A DNA stretch of 64,000 bases from Escherichia coli (GTDB taxonomy: Bacteria > Pseudomonadota > Gammaproteobacteria > Enterobacterales > Enterobacteriaceae): assembly GCF_003991155.1 (NCBI RefSeq), contig NZ_CP031293.1, one strand, 5' to 3'. Of this stretch, positions 35,636-47,963 are shown piece after piece. Every line of letters begins with the position of its first letter. The first letter of the stretch is position 1. The notes under the pieces were generated by a model. The model did no database searches, was not told the origin of the DNA, and was given only the letters and a program-made list of their open reading frames with translations. The position numbers were made by a program, and so were the translations under genes.

Positions 35636-36673
35636 TTAAGATGCCTTCGCCAGCTCCTTCACCAACGGTAGCATTATCCGCATAACATCACGGCAGCGAC
35701 GTTCTATTCTTCCTGGAAGTGCCTTATCAATATGCTGTTGATTATCCAGTCTTACGTCATGCCAGCTATTTCCTGCAGGGAATGCGGCTGTTTTTGCGCG
35801 TTGCTGATAACCATCCTTATTCCCAAGATTCCAGTTTGTCGCTTCCACCGAAAGTACAGCAATGCCCGCTTTGTCGAATATTTCTGCGTCATTACAACAC
35901 CCAGTGCCTTTCGGATAGTTTTTATTCAAACCTGGATTTGTGGTGGCGGCAATTCCATGACTGCGGGCAATTGCCAGCGCCCGGTCGCGCGTTAATTTCC
36001 TTACTGCTTCAGGTGTTTTTACGCCACTGTTGAAATACAGCTTATCGCCAACAATCAGATTATCGAGATTAATCACCAATAAAGTATTTTTCTTTTCGGT
36101 ATCACTCATGCGCTTGAGTAAATTCTCAGCGCCTAATTTCCCTTCTTCTTCACCACTGGTTGCCACAAAACGAATGCCATATTCGGTTGGCGTATTTTTC
36201 AGGCGTTCAGCCAGCTCCAGCATGACACCTAAACCTGCGGCGTTATCATCCATTCCTTGTAACGTCAGCCCGCCGAGATTGGCATCGGCGTCAGCATCGC
36301 TCAGCGGGGCGTAAGTATCCAGATGCGCCATAATGATGATCTGCTGCGGCGCTTTGCCTTCATGAGCGGCAATCACCGTACTTCCCGTCACGTTATGCCA
36401 GCTCTTGCGATTATCGCGGGCGGTATAAATATACCGACTATTAAATGTCCGAATATCACTGCGATAACCCATTTGCTGAAACTGTTGGCGAATATAATCG
36501 GCAGATAACATTTCTGCAGGAGTTCCGGTCATGCGTCCCGGAAAGAAAGTAGCAATATGTCGTGCCTGGGTATTAGCAAAATCGCCAGGTTTAGGTGACG
36601 AGGCGTGTACGGGGAGAATAAAGCATACGCCGAGCGCCAGGGCAGCGGTACGGTGGCGCAATGCGGAAAACAT
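35636..36673 (-). CDS. iap: alkaline phosphatase isozyme conversion aminopeptidase
   Basis: 345 aa; signal peptide, M28-family peptidase sequence. Confidence 0.9.
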   Translation of the reverse strand: MFSALRHRTAALALGVCFILPVHASSPKPGDFANTQARHIATFFPGRMTGTPAEMLSADYIRQQFQQMGYRSDIRTFNSRYIYTARDNRKSWHNVTGSTVIAAHEGKAPQQIIIMAHLDTYAPLSDADADANLGGLTLQGMDDNAAGLGVMLELAERLKNTPTEYGIRFVATSGEEEGKLGAENLLKRMSDTEKKNTLLVINLDNLIVGDKLYFNSGVKTPEAVRKLTRDRALAIARSHGIAATTNPGLNKNYPKGTGCCNDAEIFDKAGIAVLSVEATNWNLGNKDGYQQRAKTAAFPAGNSWHDVRLDNQQHIDKALPGRIERRCRDVMRIMLPLVKELAKAS

Positions 36674-36924
36674 AGTGAGTCCTTAAATACCATGCAAATT
36701 TTTTTACCGCCATAGTATGAAACTGCCGCTGCGCTAAAACAATTTCAAATCTTCCTAAACGCCCGAAATCCGGTGCCTTAAGCACTTTTTGATATTAGCT
36801 TTGCCAAATCGTTATTCCGTTAAGGAACTACTCATTCTAATTGGTAATTTCATTCGTTCTCTTACGCTCCCTATAGTCGAAACATCTGATGGCAAGAAAA
36901 TAGCGGTATTGCAAAGGAACGGTT

Positions 36925-37833
36925 ATGGATCAAAAACGACTTACCCACCTGCGGCAACTGGAGGCGGAAAGCATCCACATTATTCGCGAGGTGGCTGCAG
37001 AATTCTCAAATCCGGTGATGCTCTACTCTATCGGTAAAGATTCCAGCGTCATGCTGCATCTGGCGCGCAAGGCGTTTTATCCAGGTACGCTGCCTTTCCC
37101 GTTGCTGCATGTCGATACCGGCTGGAAATTCCGCGAGATGTATGAGTTCCGCGATCGTACGGCGAAAGCCTACGGCTGCGAGCTGCTGGTGCATAAAAAC
37201 CCGGAAGGCGTGGCGATGGGGATTAATCCATTCGTACACGGCAGCGCGAAACATACCGATATTATGAAAACTGAAGGCCTGAAACAGGCGCTGAACAAAT
37301 ACGGTTTTGATGCCGCCTTCGGTGGTGCGCGCCGTGACGAAGAGAAATCCCGCGCTAAAGAGCGAATCTACTCTTTCCGTGACCGCTTCCATCGCTGGGA
37401 TCCGAAAAATCAGCGCCCGGAGCTGTGGCACAACTACAACGGGCAAATTAACAAAGGCGAAAGCATCCGCGTCTTCCCGCTCTCTAACTGGACCGAGCAG
37501 GATATCTGGCAATACATCTGGCTGGAAAATATCGACATTGTGCCGCTGTATCTCGCTGCGGAACGTCCGGTTCTGGAACGCGACGGTATGTTGATGATGA
37601 TTGATGACAACCGTATCGACCTGCAACCGGGCGAAGTGATTAAAAAACGGATGGTGCGTTTCCGTACGCTGGGCTGCTGGCCGCTGACCGGTGCGGTGGA
37701 GTCAAATGCACAAACACTGCCGGAGATCATCGAAGAGATGCTGGTTTCCACCACCAGTGAACGTCAGGGCCGCGTGATTGACCGCGACCAGGCGGGGTCT
37801 ATGGAGCTGAAAAAACGTCAGGGGTATTTTTAA
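36925..37833 (+). CDS. cysD: sulfate adenylyltransferase subunit 2
   Basis: 302 aa PAPS-reductase-like fold. Confidence 0.96.
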   Translation: MDQKRLTHLRQLEAESIHIIREVAAEFSNPVMLYSIGKDSSVMLHLARKAFYPGTLPFPLLHVDTGWKFREMYEFRDRTAKAYGCELLVHKNPEGVAMGINPFVHGSAKHTDIMKTEGLKQALNKYGFDAAFGGARRDEEKSRAKERIYSFRDRFHRWDPKNQRPELWHNYNGQINKGESIRVFPLSNWTEQDIWQYIWLENIDIVPLYLAAERPVLERDGMLMMIDDNRIDLQPGEVIKKRMVRFRTLGCWPLTGAVESNAQTLPEIIEEMLVSTTSERQGRVIDRDQAGSMELKKRQGYF

Positions 37834-37834
37834 G

Positions 37835-39262
37835 ATGAACACCGCACTTGCACAACAAATCGCCAATGAAGGCGGCGTCGAAGCCTGGATGATTGCGCAA
37901 CAACATAAAAGCCTGCTGCGTTTTCTGACCTGTGGTAGCGTCGATGACGGCAAAAGTACCCTGATTGGTCGCCTGCTGCACGATACCCGCCAAATCTACG
38001 AAGATCAGCTCTCATCGCTGCATAACGACAGTAAGCGTCACGGCACCCAGGGCGAAAAGCTGGATCTGGCGCTTCTGGTGGATGGTCTGCAAGCCGAGCG
38101 TGAACAGGGCATTACTATTGATGTGGCCTACCGCTATTTCTCTACCGAGAAGCGTAAATTTATTATCGCCGACACACCTGGGCACGAGCAGTACACCCGC
38201 AATATGGCGACCGGCGCATCGACATGCGAACTGGCGATCTTACTGATCGACGCCCGTAAAGGCGTGCTCGATCAAACCCGTCGTCACAGTTTTATCTCCA
38301 CACTGTTGGGGATCAAACATCTGGTCGTGGCGATCAACAAAATGGATCTGGTGGATTACAGTGAAGAGACGTTCACCCGTATTCGTGAAGATTATCTGAC
38401 TTTTGCCGGGCAGCTGCCGGGTAATCTGGATATCCGCTTTGTGCCGCTCTCTGCACTGGAAGGCGACAACGTGGCTTCGCAAAGTGAAAGTATGCCGTGG
38501 TACAGCGGTCCGACACTGCTCGAAGTGCTGGAAACCGTGGAGATCCAGCGAGTGGTGGATGCCCAGCCAATGCGCTTCCCGGTGCAGTACGTTAATCGCC
38601 CGAATCTCGATTTTCGTGGCTACGCCGGAACGCTGGCATCCGGTCGCGTGGAAGTCGGGCAACGTGTCAAAGTGCTGCCCTCTGGTGTGGAATCAAACGT
38701 CGCGCGGATCGTGACCTTTGATGGCGATCGCGAAGAAGCCTTTGCCGGAGAAGCGATCACCCTGGTGCTGACGGATGAAATCGACATTAGCCGTGGCGAT
38801 CTGCTGCTGGCGGCAGACGAAGCGTTACCGGCTGTGCAGAGCGCGTCGGTGGATGTGGTATGGATGGCGGAACAGCCGCTTTCCCCGGGCCAGAGTTATG
38901 ACATCAAAATTGCCGGTAAGAAGACGCGTGCTCGTGTTGATGGCATTCGTTATCAGGTTGATATTAATAACCTTACCCAACGCGAGGTTGAAAACCTGCC
39001 GCTGAACGGCATCGGCCTGGTGGATCTCACTTTTGACGAGCCACTGGTGTTAGATCGTTATCAGCAAAATCCGGTGACCGGTGGGCTGATTTTTATCGAT
39101 CGCCTGAGCAATGTGACCGTGGGTGCCGGTATGGTGCACGAGCCAGTTAGCCAGGCAACTGCTGCGCCATCTCAATTCAGTGTATTCGAACTTGAATTGA
39201 ATGCTCTGGTTCGCCGCCACTTTCCGCACTGGGGCGCGCGCGATTTGCTGGGAGATAAATAA
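37835..39262 (+). CDS. cysN: sulfate adenylyltransferase subunit 1 (GTPase)
   Basis: 475 aa; GTP-binding motifs ([18 protein letters not shown]). Confidence 0.96.
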
Positions 39263-39867
39263 TGGCGCTGCATGACGAAAACGTCGTCTGGCATAGCCAT
39301 CCAGTCACTGTGCAACAACGCGAGCTACACCACGGTCATCGTGGTGTAGTGCTGTGGTTTACCGGCCTCTCCGGGTCCGGTAAATCAACGGTCGCCGGGG
39401 CGCTGGAGGAGGCGTTACATAAACTCGGCGTCAGTACGTATCTGCTGGATGGCGACAATGTTCGCCACGGATTATGCAGCGATCTCGGTTTTAGCGATGC
39501 CGATCGTAAAGAGAATATCCGTCGCGTCGGTGAAGTGGCGAATTTGATGGTTGAAGCCGGACTGGTGGTGCTGACCGCATTTATCTCGCCACACCGCGCC
39601 GAACGCCAGATGGTTCGTGAACGCGTAGGAGAAGGGCGCTTTATCGAAGTGTTTGTCGATACACCGCTGGCGATTTGCGAAGCCCGCGATCCAAAAGGCT
39701 TATATAAGAAAGCGCGTGCCGGTGAACTGCGTAACTTTACGGGAATAGATTCTGTTTACGAAGCGCCTGAATCGGCAGAAATTCATCTCAATGGTGAACA
39801 ATTAGTAACAAATTTGGTACAGCAATTATTAGATCTGTTGAGACAGAACGATATTATCAGATCCTGA
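39262..39867 (+). CDS. cysC: adenylylsulfate kinase
   Basis: 201 aa; P-loop GLSGSGKST. Confidence 0.96.
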
Positions 39868-39916
39868 GACACCACCGGGTTTCCATGCCCGGTTCGTCAA
39901 AGTAACAGGATCAAAT

Positions 39917-40240
39917 ATGCGTAATAGCCATAACATTACACTAACAAATAACGACAGCCTTACTGAGGATGAAGAAACCACATGGTCACTGCCTGGTGCC
40001 GTGGTCGGTTTTATCTCCTGGTTATTTGCGCTGGCGATGCCGATGTTGATTTATGGCTCTAACACGCTGTTCTTCTTTATCTACACCTGGCCTTTCTTTC
40101 TGGCACTGATGCCTGTCGCGGTAGTGGTGGGGATTGCGCTGCATTCATTGATGGACGGAAAGCTACGCTACAGTATTGTTTTCACCCTGATGACAGTAGG
40201 CATTATGTTTGGCGCACTGTTTATGTGGCTACTGGGCTAA
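39917..40240 (+). CDS. ygbE: inner membrane protein (DUF3561)
   Basis: 107 aa, hydrophobic; position between cysC and ftsB. Confidence 0.8.
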   Translation: MRNSHNITLTNNDSLTEDEETTWSLPGAVVGFISWLFALAMPMLIYGSNTLFFFIYTWPFFLALMPVAVVVGIALHSLMDGKLRYSIVFTLMTVGIMFGALFMWLLG

Positions 40241-40433
40241 TTTGTACTTTCTTGTCTCCTCTGTTCATAATTCAAACCGTAACTAATAATGAGATTATGT
40301 TCTGCACGCCCTGGGTATACGTAACAATGGACAAATGTGGTACATTTGCCCGCGTTGTCGCGGTATCCCCAACAGAGGATGTAGAGTCGTCTTCGGATGC
40401 ATGGGATGATGATGCCGTTTTTCAGGGGGCAGG

Positions 40434-40745
40434 ATGGGTAAACTAACGCTGCTGTTGCTGGCTATTCTGGTCTGGCTACAGTATTCGCTGTGGTTCGGTA
40501 AGAACGGTATACATGACTATACCCGCGTCAATGATGATGTGGCGGCACAGCAAGCTACAAACGCGAAACTTAAAGCGCGAAACGATCAACTTTTTGCCGA
40601 AATTGACGATCTCAATGGCGGCCAGGAGGCGCTCGAAGAGCGTGCGCGTAATGAACTCAGCATGACCAGGCCGGGCGAAACTTTTTATCGTCTGGTGCCT
40701 GACGCGTCGAAGCGCGCACAGTCTGCGGGGCAAAACAATCGATAA
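40434..40745 (+). CDS. ftsB: cell division protein FtsB
   Basis: 103 aa; N-terminal TM segment and coiled coil. Confidence 0.93.
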
Positions 40746-40763
40746 ATCAGCCCAGGAATTAAC

Positions 40764-41474
40764 ATGGCAACCACTCATTTGGATGTTTGCGCCGTGGTTC
40801 CGGCGGCCGGATTTGGCCGTCGAATGCAAACGGAATGTCCTAAGCAATATCTCTCAATCGGTAATCAAACCATTCTTGAACACTCGGTGCATGCGCTGCT
40901 GGCGCATCCCCGGGTGACACGTGTCGTCATTGCCATAAGTCCTGGCGATAGCCGTTTTGCAAAACTTCCTCTGGCGAATCATCCGCAAATCACCGTTGTA
41001 GATGGCGGTGATGAGCGTGCCGATTCCGTGCTGGCAGGTTTGAAAGCCGCTGGCGACGCGCAGTGGGTATTGGTGCATGATGCCGCTCGTCCTTGTCTGC
41101 ATCAGGATGACCTCGCGCGATTGTTGGCGTTGAGCGAAACCAGCCGCACGGGAGGGATCCTCGCCGCACCAGTGCGCGATACGATGAAACGTGCCGAACC
41201 GGGCAAAAATGCCATTGCTCATACCGTTGATCGCAACGGCTTATGGCACGCGCTGACGCCGCAATTTTTCCCTCGTGAGCTGTTACATGACTGTCTGACG
41301 CGCGCTCTAAATGAAGGCGCGACTATTACTGACGAAGCCTCGGCGCTGGAATATTGCGGATTTCATCCGCAGTTGGTCGAAGGCCGCGCGGATAACATTA
41401 AAGTCACGCGCCCGGAGGATTTGGCGCTGGCCGAATTTTACCTCACCCGAACCATCCATCAGGAGAATACATAA
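40764..41474 (+). CDS. ispD: 2-C-methyl-D-erythritol 4-phosphate cytidylyltransferase
   Basis: 236 aa; [10 protein letters not shown] motif. Confidence 0.95.
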
Positions 41475-41953
41475 TGCGAATTGGACACGGTTTTGACGTA
41501 CACGCCTTTGGCGGTGAAGGCCCAATTATCATTGGTGGCGTGCGCATTCCTTACGAAAAAGGGCTGCTGGCGCATTCTGATGGCGACGTGGCGCTCCATG
41601 CGTTGACCGATGCATTGCTTGGCGCGGCGGCGCTGGGGGATATCGGCAAACTGTTCCCGGATACCGATCCGGCATTTAAAGGTGCCGACAGCCGCGAGCT
41701 GTTGCGCGAAGCCTGGCGTCGTATTCAGGCGAAAGGTTATGCCCTCGGCAACGTCGATGTCACTATCATCGCTCAGGCACCGAAGATGTTGCCGCACATT
41801 CCACAAATGCGCGTGTTTATTGCCGAAGATCTCGGCTGCCATATGGATGATGTTAACGTGAAAGCCACTACTACGGAAAAACTGGGATTTACCGGACGTG
41901 GGGAAGGGATTGCCTGTGAAGCGGTGGCGCTACTCATTAAGGCAACGAAATGA
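41474..41953 (+). CDS. ispF: 2-C-methyl-D-erythritol 2,4-cyclodiphosphate synthase
   Basis: 159 aa; [12 protein letters not shown] motif. Confidence 0.96.
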
Positions 41954-42979
41954 TTGAGTTCGATAATCTCACTTACCTCCACGGCAAACCGCAAGGCACC
42001 GGGCTGCTGAAAGCGAATCCGGAAGACTTTGTGGTGGTGGAAGATTTGGGCTTTGAGCCTGATGGTGAAGGTGAGCATATTCTGGTTAGAATCCTCAAAA
42101 ACGGCTGCAATACCCGTTTTGTGGCGGATGCACTGGCGAAATTCCTGAAAATTCATGCCCGTGAAGTCAGCTTCGCTGGGCAAAAAGATAAACATGCTGT
42201 TACGGAACAGTGGTTTTGTGCACGAGTGCCAGGTAAAGAGATGCCGGACCTCAGTGCTTTTCAACTGGAAGGTTGTCAGGTGCTGGAGTATGCGCGACAC
42301 AAGCGTAAGTTGCGTTTAGGTGCACTAAAAGGTAATGCTTTCACTCTGGTGCTGCGCGATGTAAGCAACCGTGACGATGTTGAACAACGTCTCATCGATA
42401 TTTGCGTAAAAGGCGTGCCTAATTATTTTGGTGCTCAGCGTTTTGGTATTGGCGGTAGCAACTTGCAGGGTGCGCTGCGCTGGGCGCAAACCAATACTCC
42501 GGTGCGCGATCGCAATAAACGGAGTTTTTGGTTGTCGGCAGCCCGCAGTGCGTTGTTTAATCAGATTGTTGCTGAGCGCCTCAAAAAAGCAGACGTTAAT
42601 CAAGTTGTTGACGGCGATGCGCTACAATTAGCCGGACGTGGTAGCTGGTTTGTTGCAACCACCGAAGAACTGGCGGAATTACAGCGTCGCGTCAACGATA
42701 AAGAGCTAATGATAACCGCCGCATTGCCGGGCAGTGGCGAATGGGGAACTCAGTGTGAAGCGCTGGCATTCGAACAAGCAGCTGTCGCCGCAGAAACTGA
42801 ATTACAAGCCTTACTGGTGCGCGAAAAAGTTGAAGCCGCGCGCAGAGCGATGCTGCTGTATCCGCAACAATTAAGCTGGAACTGGTGGGATGACGTCACC
42901 GTAGAAATCCGTTTCTGGCTTCCGGCGGGAAGTTTTGCAACCAGCGTTGTCAGGGAACTTATCAACACAACAGGTGATT

Positions 42980-42999
<20 letters not shown>
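41950..42999 (+). CDS. truD: tRNA pseudouridine(13) synthase
   Basis: 349 aa; overlaps ispF stop. Confidence 0.93.
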
Positions 43000-44361
<1,362 letters not shown>

Positions 44362-44500
44362 AACGTGAGGAAATACCTGGATTTTTCCTGGTTATTTTGC
44401 CGCAGGTCAGCGTATCGTGAACATCTTTTCCAGTGTTCAGTATGGTGCCTTGCACGGTAATTATGTCACTGGTTATTAACCAATTTTTCCTGGGGGATAA

Positions 44501-45640
44501 ATGAGCGCGGGAAGCCCAAAATTCACCGTTCGCCGCATTGCGGCTTTGTCACTGGTTTCGCTATGGCTGGCAGGCTGTTCTGACACTTCAAATCCACCGG
44601 CCCCGGTCAGCTCCGTTAATGGCAATGCGCCTGCAAATACCAATTCTGGTATGTTGATTACGCCGCCGCCGAAAATGGGGACGACGTCTACAGCTCAGCA
44701 ACCGCAAATTCAGCCGGTACAGCAGCCACAAATTCAGGCCACTCAACAACCGCAAATCCAGCCGGTGCAGCCAGTAGCTCAGCAGCCGGTACAGATGGAA
44801 AACGGACGCATCGTCTATAACCGTCAGTATGGGAACATTCCGAAAGGCAGTTATAGCGGCAGTACCTATACAGTGAAAAAAGGCGACACACTTTTCTATA
44901 TCGCCTGGATTACTGGCAACGATTTCCGTGACCTTGCTCAGCGCAACAATATTCAGGCACCATACGCGCTGAACGTCGGTCAGACCTTACAGGTGGGGAA
45001 TGCTTCCGGTACGCCAATCACTGGCGGAAATGCCATTACCCAGGCCGACGCAGCAGAGCAAGGAGTTGTGATCAAGCCTGCACAAAATTCCACCGTTGCT
45101 GTTGCTTCGCAACCGACAATTACGTATTCTGAGTCTTCGGGTGAACAGAGTGCTAACAAAATGTTGCCGAACAACAAGCCAACTGCGACCACGGTCACAG
45201 CGCCTGTAACGGTACCAACAGCAAGCACAACCGAGCCGACTGTCAGCAGTACATCAACCAGTACGCCTATCTCCACCTGGCGCTGGCCGACTGAGGGCAA
45301 AGTGATCGAAACCTTTGGCGCTTCTGAGGGGGGCAACAAGGGGATTGATATCGCAGGCAGCAAAGGACAGGCAATTATCGCGACTGCAGATGGACGCGTT
45401 GTTTATGCCGGTAACGCGCTGCGCGGCTACGGTAATCTGATTATCATCAAACATAATGATGATTACCTGAGTGCCTACGCCCATAACGACACAATGCTGG
45501 TCCGGGAACAACAAGAAGTGAAGGCGGGGCAAAAAATAGCAACCATGGGTAGCACCGGAACCAGTTCAACACGCTTGCATTTTGAAATTCGTTACAAGGG
45601 GAAATCCGTAAACCCGCTGCGTTATTTGCCGCAGCGATAA
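44501..45640 (+). CDS. nlpD: murein hydrolase activator lipoprotein NlpD
   Basis: 379 aa; lipobox LAGCS, LysM domain, Q/P-rich repeats, C-terminal M23 (LytM) domain. Confidence 0.94.
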   Translation: MSAGSPKFTVRRIAALSLVSLWLAGCSDTSNPPAPVSSVNGNAPANTNSGMLITPPPKMGTTSTAQQPQIQPVQQPQIQATQQPQIQPVQPVAQQPVQMENGRIVYNRQYGNIPKGSYSGSTYTVKKGDTLFYIAWITGNDFRDLAQRNNIQAPYALNVGQTLQVGNASGTPITGGNAITQADAAEQGVVIKPAQNSTVAVASQPTITYSESSGEQSANKMLPNNKPTATTVTAPVTVPTASTTEPTVSSTSTSTPISTWRWPTEGKVIETFGASEGGNKGIDIAGSKGQAIIATADGRVVYAGNALRGYGNLIIIKHNDDYLSAYAHNDTMLVREQQEVKAGQKIATMGSTGTSSTRLHFEIRYKGKSVNPLRYLPQR

Positions 45641-45702
45641 ATCGGCGGAACCAGGCTTTTGCTTGAATGTTCCGTCAAGGGATCACGGGTAGGAGCCACC
45701 TT

Positions 45703-46695
45703 ATGAGTCAGAATACGCTGAAAGTTCATGATTTAAATGAAGATGCGGAATTTGATGAGAACGGAGTTGAGGTTTTTGACGAAAAGGCCTTAGTAGAAGA
45801 GGAACCCAGTGATAACGATTTGGCCGAAGAGGAACTGTTATCGCAGGGAGCCACACAGCGTGTGCTGGACGCGACTCAGCTTTACCTTGGTGAGATTGGT
45901 TATTCACCACTGTTAACGGCCGAAGAAGAAGTTTATTTTGCGCGTCGCGCACTGCGTGGAGATGTTGCCTCTCGCCGCCGGATGATCGAGAGTAACTTGC
46001 GTCTGGTGGTAAAAATTGCCCGCCGTTATGGCAATCGTGGTCTGGCGTTGCTGGATCTTATCGAAGAGGGCAACCTGGGGCTGATCCGCGCGGTAGAGAA
46101 GTTTGACCCGGAACGTGGTTTCCGCTTCTCAACATACGCAACCTGGTGGATTCGCCAGACGATCGAACGGGCGATTATGAACCAAACCCGTACTATTCGT
46201 TTGCCGATTCACATCGTAAAGGAGCTGAACGTTTACCTGCGAACCGCACGTGAGTTGTCCCATAAGCTGGACCACGAACCAAGTGCGGAAGAGATCGCAG
46301 AGCAACTGGATAAGCCAGTTGATGACGTCAGCCGTATGCTTCGTCTTAACGAGCGCATTACCTCGGTAGACACCCCGCTGGGTGGTGATTCCGAAAAAGC
46401 GTTGCTGGACATCCTGGCCGATGAAAAAGAGAATGGTCCGGAAGATACCACGCAAGATGACGATATGAAGCAGAGCATCGTCAAATGGCTGTTCGAGCTG
46501 AACGCCAAACAGCGTGAAGTACTGGCACGTCGATTCGGTTTGCTGGGGTACGAAGCGGCAACACTGGAAGATGTAGGTCGTGAAATTGGCCTCACCCGTG
46601 AACGTGTTCGCCAGATTCAGGTTGAAGGCCTGCGCCGTTTGCGCGAAATCCTGCAAACGCAGGGGCTGAATATCGAAGCGCTGTTCCGCGAGTAA
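45703..46695 (+). CDS. rpoS: RNA polymerase sigma factor RpoS (sigma-38), full length
   Basis: 330 aa from [11 protein letters not shown]; RBS AGGAG; sigma-70 family regions 2-4; no premature stop. Confidence 0.96.
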   Translation: MSQNTLKVHDLNEDAEFDENGVEVFDEKALVEEEPSDNDLAEEELLSQGATQRVLDATQLYLGEIGYSPLLTAEEEVYFARRALRGDVASRRRMIESNLRLVVKIARRYGNRGLALLDLIEEGNLGLIRAVEKFDPERGFRFSTYATWWIRQTIERAIMNQTRTIRLPIHIVKELNVYLRTARELSHKLDHEPSAEEIAEQLDKPVDDVSRMLRLNERITSVDTPLGGDSEKALLDILADEKENGPEDTTQDDDMKQSIVKWLFELNAKQREVLARRFGLLGYEAATLEDVGREIGLTRERVRQIQVEGLRRLREILQTQGLNIEALFRE

Positions 46696-46709
46696 GTAAG
46701 CATCTGTCA

Positions 46710-46746
46710 GAAAGGCCAGTCTCTTATGAGGCTGGCCTTTTTCTTT
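46710..46746 (+). terminator. rpoS intrinsic terminator
   Basis: AAAGGCCAG...CTGGCCTTT stem followed by TTTTTCTTTT. Confidence 0.8.
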
Positions 46747-46771
46747 TGTATGGGGAGTTGGTGTGTTTCGT

Positions 46772-46806
46772 CGCCTGGATAAGACACGTCAGCGTCCCAT
46801 CCGGCA
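46772..46806. repeat. REP-like element
   Basis: CGCCTGGATAAGACACGTCAGCGTCCCATCCGGCA resembles REP consensus. Confidence 0.6.
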
Positions 46807-46815
46807 ATCAACATC

Positions 46816-47223
46816 CTATTTGCTCATCATCTTGCGCACCAGCTGCATAAACAGCTCCTGCTCTTCTGCACTCAAACGCCCCAAAAATTCCTCATCCACA
46901 CTGTCACCAATCGGTATCGCCGCAGCAAGTACCTTTTCTCCTTCGGCAGTCAGCCAGACAAAGCGTCGCCGCTTATCAGCAGAGTCATGTTCTCGTCTGA
47001 CTAAGCCACGATTTTCCATTCGTGCCAACATTTCTGCCAGCGTTGCTTTGGTGCTGACGGCTGCTTCTATCAGTGCCACCTGTTCGATACCAGGTTTATC
47101 AGCAATGGCGCGCATCACCGCGTACTGTGGTTTGGTCAGATCAGGTAACTCGTGCTGCCAGCGAGCCGTGTGCTGCTGAAAAAGCTGTCGTAACTGATGG
47201 AACGCTTTATTTCGTAACGCCAT
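46816..47223 (-). CDS. MarR-family transcriptional regulator; start at internal ATG (MALRNK...)
   Basis: winged-helix MarR sequence; RBS GGAG 7 nt upstream of ATG at 47223; divergent from decarboxylase operon. Confidence 0.8.
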   Translation of the reverse strand: MALRNKAFHQLRQLFQQHTARWQHELPDLTKPQYAVMRAIADKPGIEQVALIEAAVSTKATLAEMLARMENRGLVRREHDSADKRRRFVWLTAEGEKVLAAAIPIGDSVDEEFLGRLSAEEQELFMQLVRKMMSK

Positions 47224-47246
47224 GTAAACTCCGGGCAAACTATCTG

Positions 47247-47261
47247 CCGCTATCATAGCGG
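47247..47261. promoter_or_regulatory. palindrome CCGCTA-tca-TAGCGG in the MarR/decarboxylase divergent promoter region (candidate operator)
   Basis: 6-bp inverted repeat arms directly upstream of the MarR-family gene. Confidence 0.4.
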
Positions 47262-47369
47262 TTTTTCAGTGACGCAGGGGATGTTGTTACTTTTCAGTGC
47301 TTGCCGCGATGAGAACAGAGGCGTATTTTAATAATAACGTTCGTGTACGAACAATTAAGAGAATTAACA

Positions 47370-47963
47370 ATGAGACTGATCGTCGGGATGACAGGGGCCA
47401 CCGGAGCGCCTCTTGGTGTGGCATTACTGCAAGCGCTGCGGGAGATGCCGAATGTCGAGACTCATCTGGTGATGTCGAAGTGGGCGAAAACCACCATTGA
47501 ACTGGAAACGCCTTACAACGCCCGCGATGTTGCTGCCCTCGCAGACTTCTGCCATAACCCGGCGGATCAGGCCGCAACCATCTCCTCAGGTTCCTTTCGT
47601 ACCGACGGCATGATCGTTATTCCGTGCAGTATGAAAACGCTCGCCGGTATCCGTGCCGGTTACGCCGATGGCCTGGTGGGGCGCGCGGCGGACGTCGTGC
47701 TCAAAGAAGGCCGCAAACTGGTGCTGGTGCCGCGTGAAATGCCGCTTAGCACAATCCATCTCGAAAATATGCTCGCACTTTCGCGCATGGGCGTGGCGAT
47801 GGTGCCGCCGATGCCTGCCTTTTATAACCATCCCGAAACGGTAGATGACATTGTCCACCACGTGGTAGCCCGCGTGCTGGATCAATTTGGCCTCGAACAT
47901 CCTCACGCCAGGCGCTGGCAAGGATTGCCGCAGGCCCGGAATTTTTCTCAGGAGAATGAATAA
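47370..47963 (+). CDS. ecdB: UbiX-family flavin prenyltransferase (decarboxylase B subunit)
   Basis: 197 aa from MRLIVGMTGATGA; UbiX/Pad1 family; symbol by analogy with the E. coli O157 locus, from memory. Confidence 0.85.
   Translation: MRLIVGMTGATGAPLGVALLQALREMPNVETHLVMSKWAKTTIELETPYNARDVAALADFCHNPADQAATISSGSFRTDGMIVIPCSMKTLAGIRAGYADGLVGRAADVVLKEGRKLVLVPREMPLSTIHLENMLALSRMGVAMVPPMPAFYNHPETVDDIVHHVVARVLDQFGLEHPHARRWQGLPQARNFSQENE

Noticed and set aside
40225-40446. 73-aa ORF between ygbE and ftsB
   Set aside because: Overlaps the ygbE 3' end and the ftsB promoter region; no RBS and no recognisable similarity
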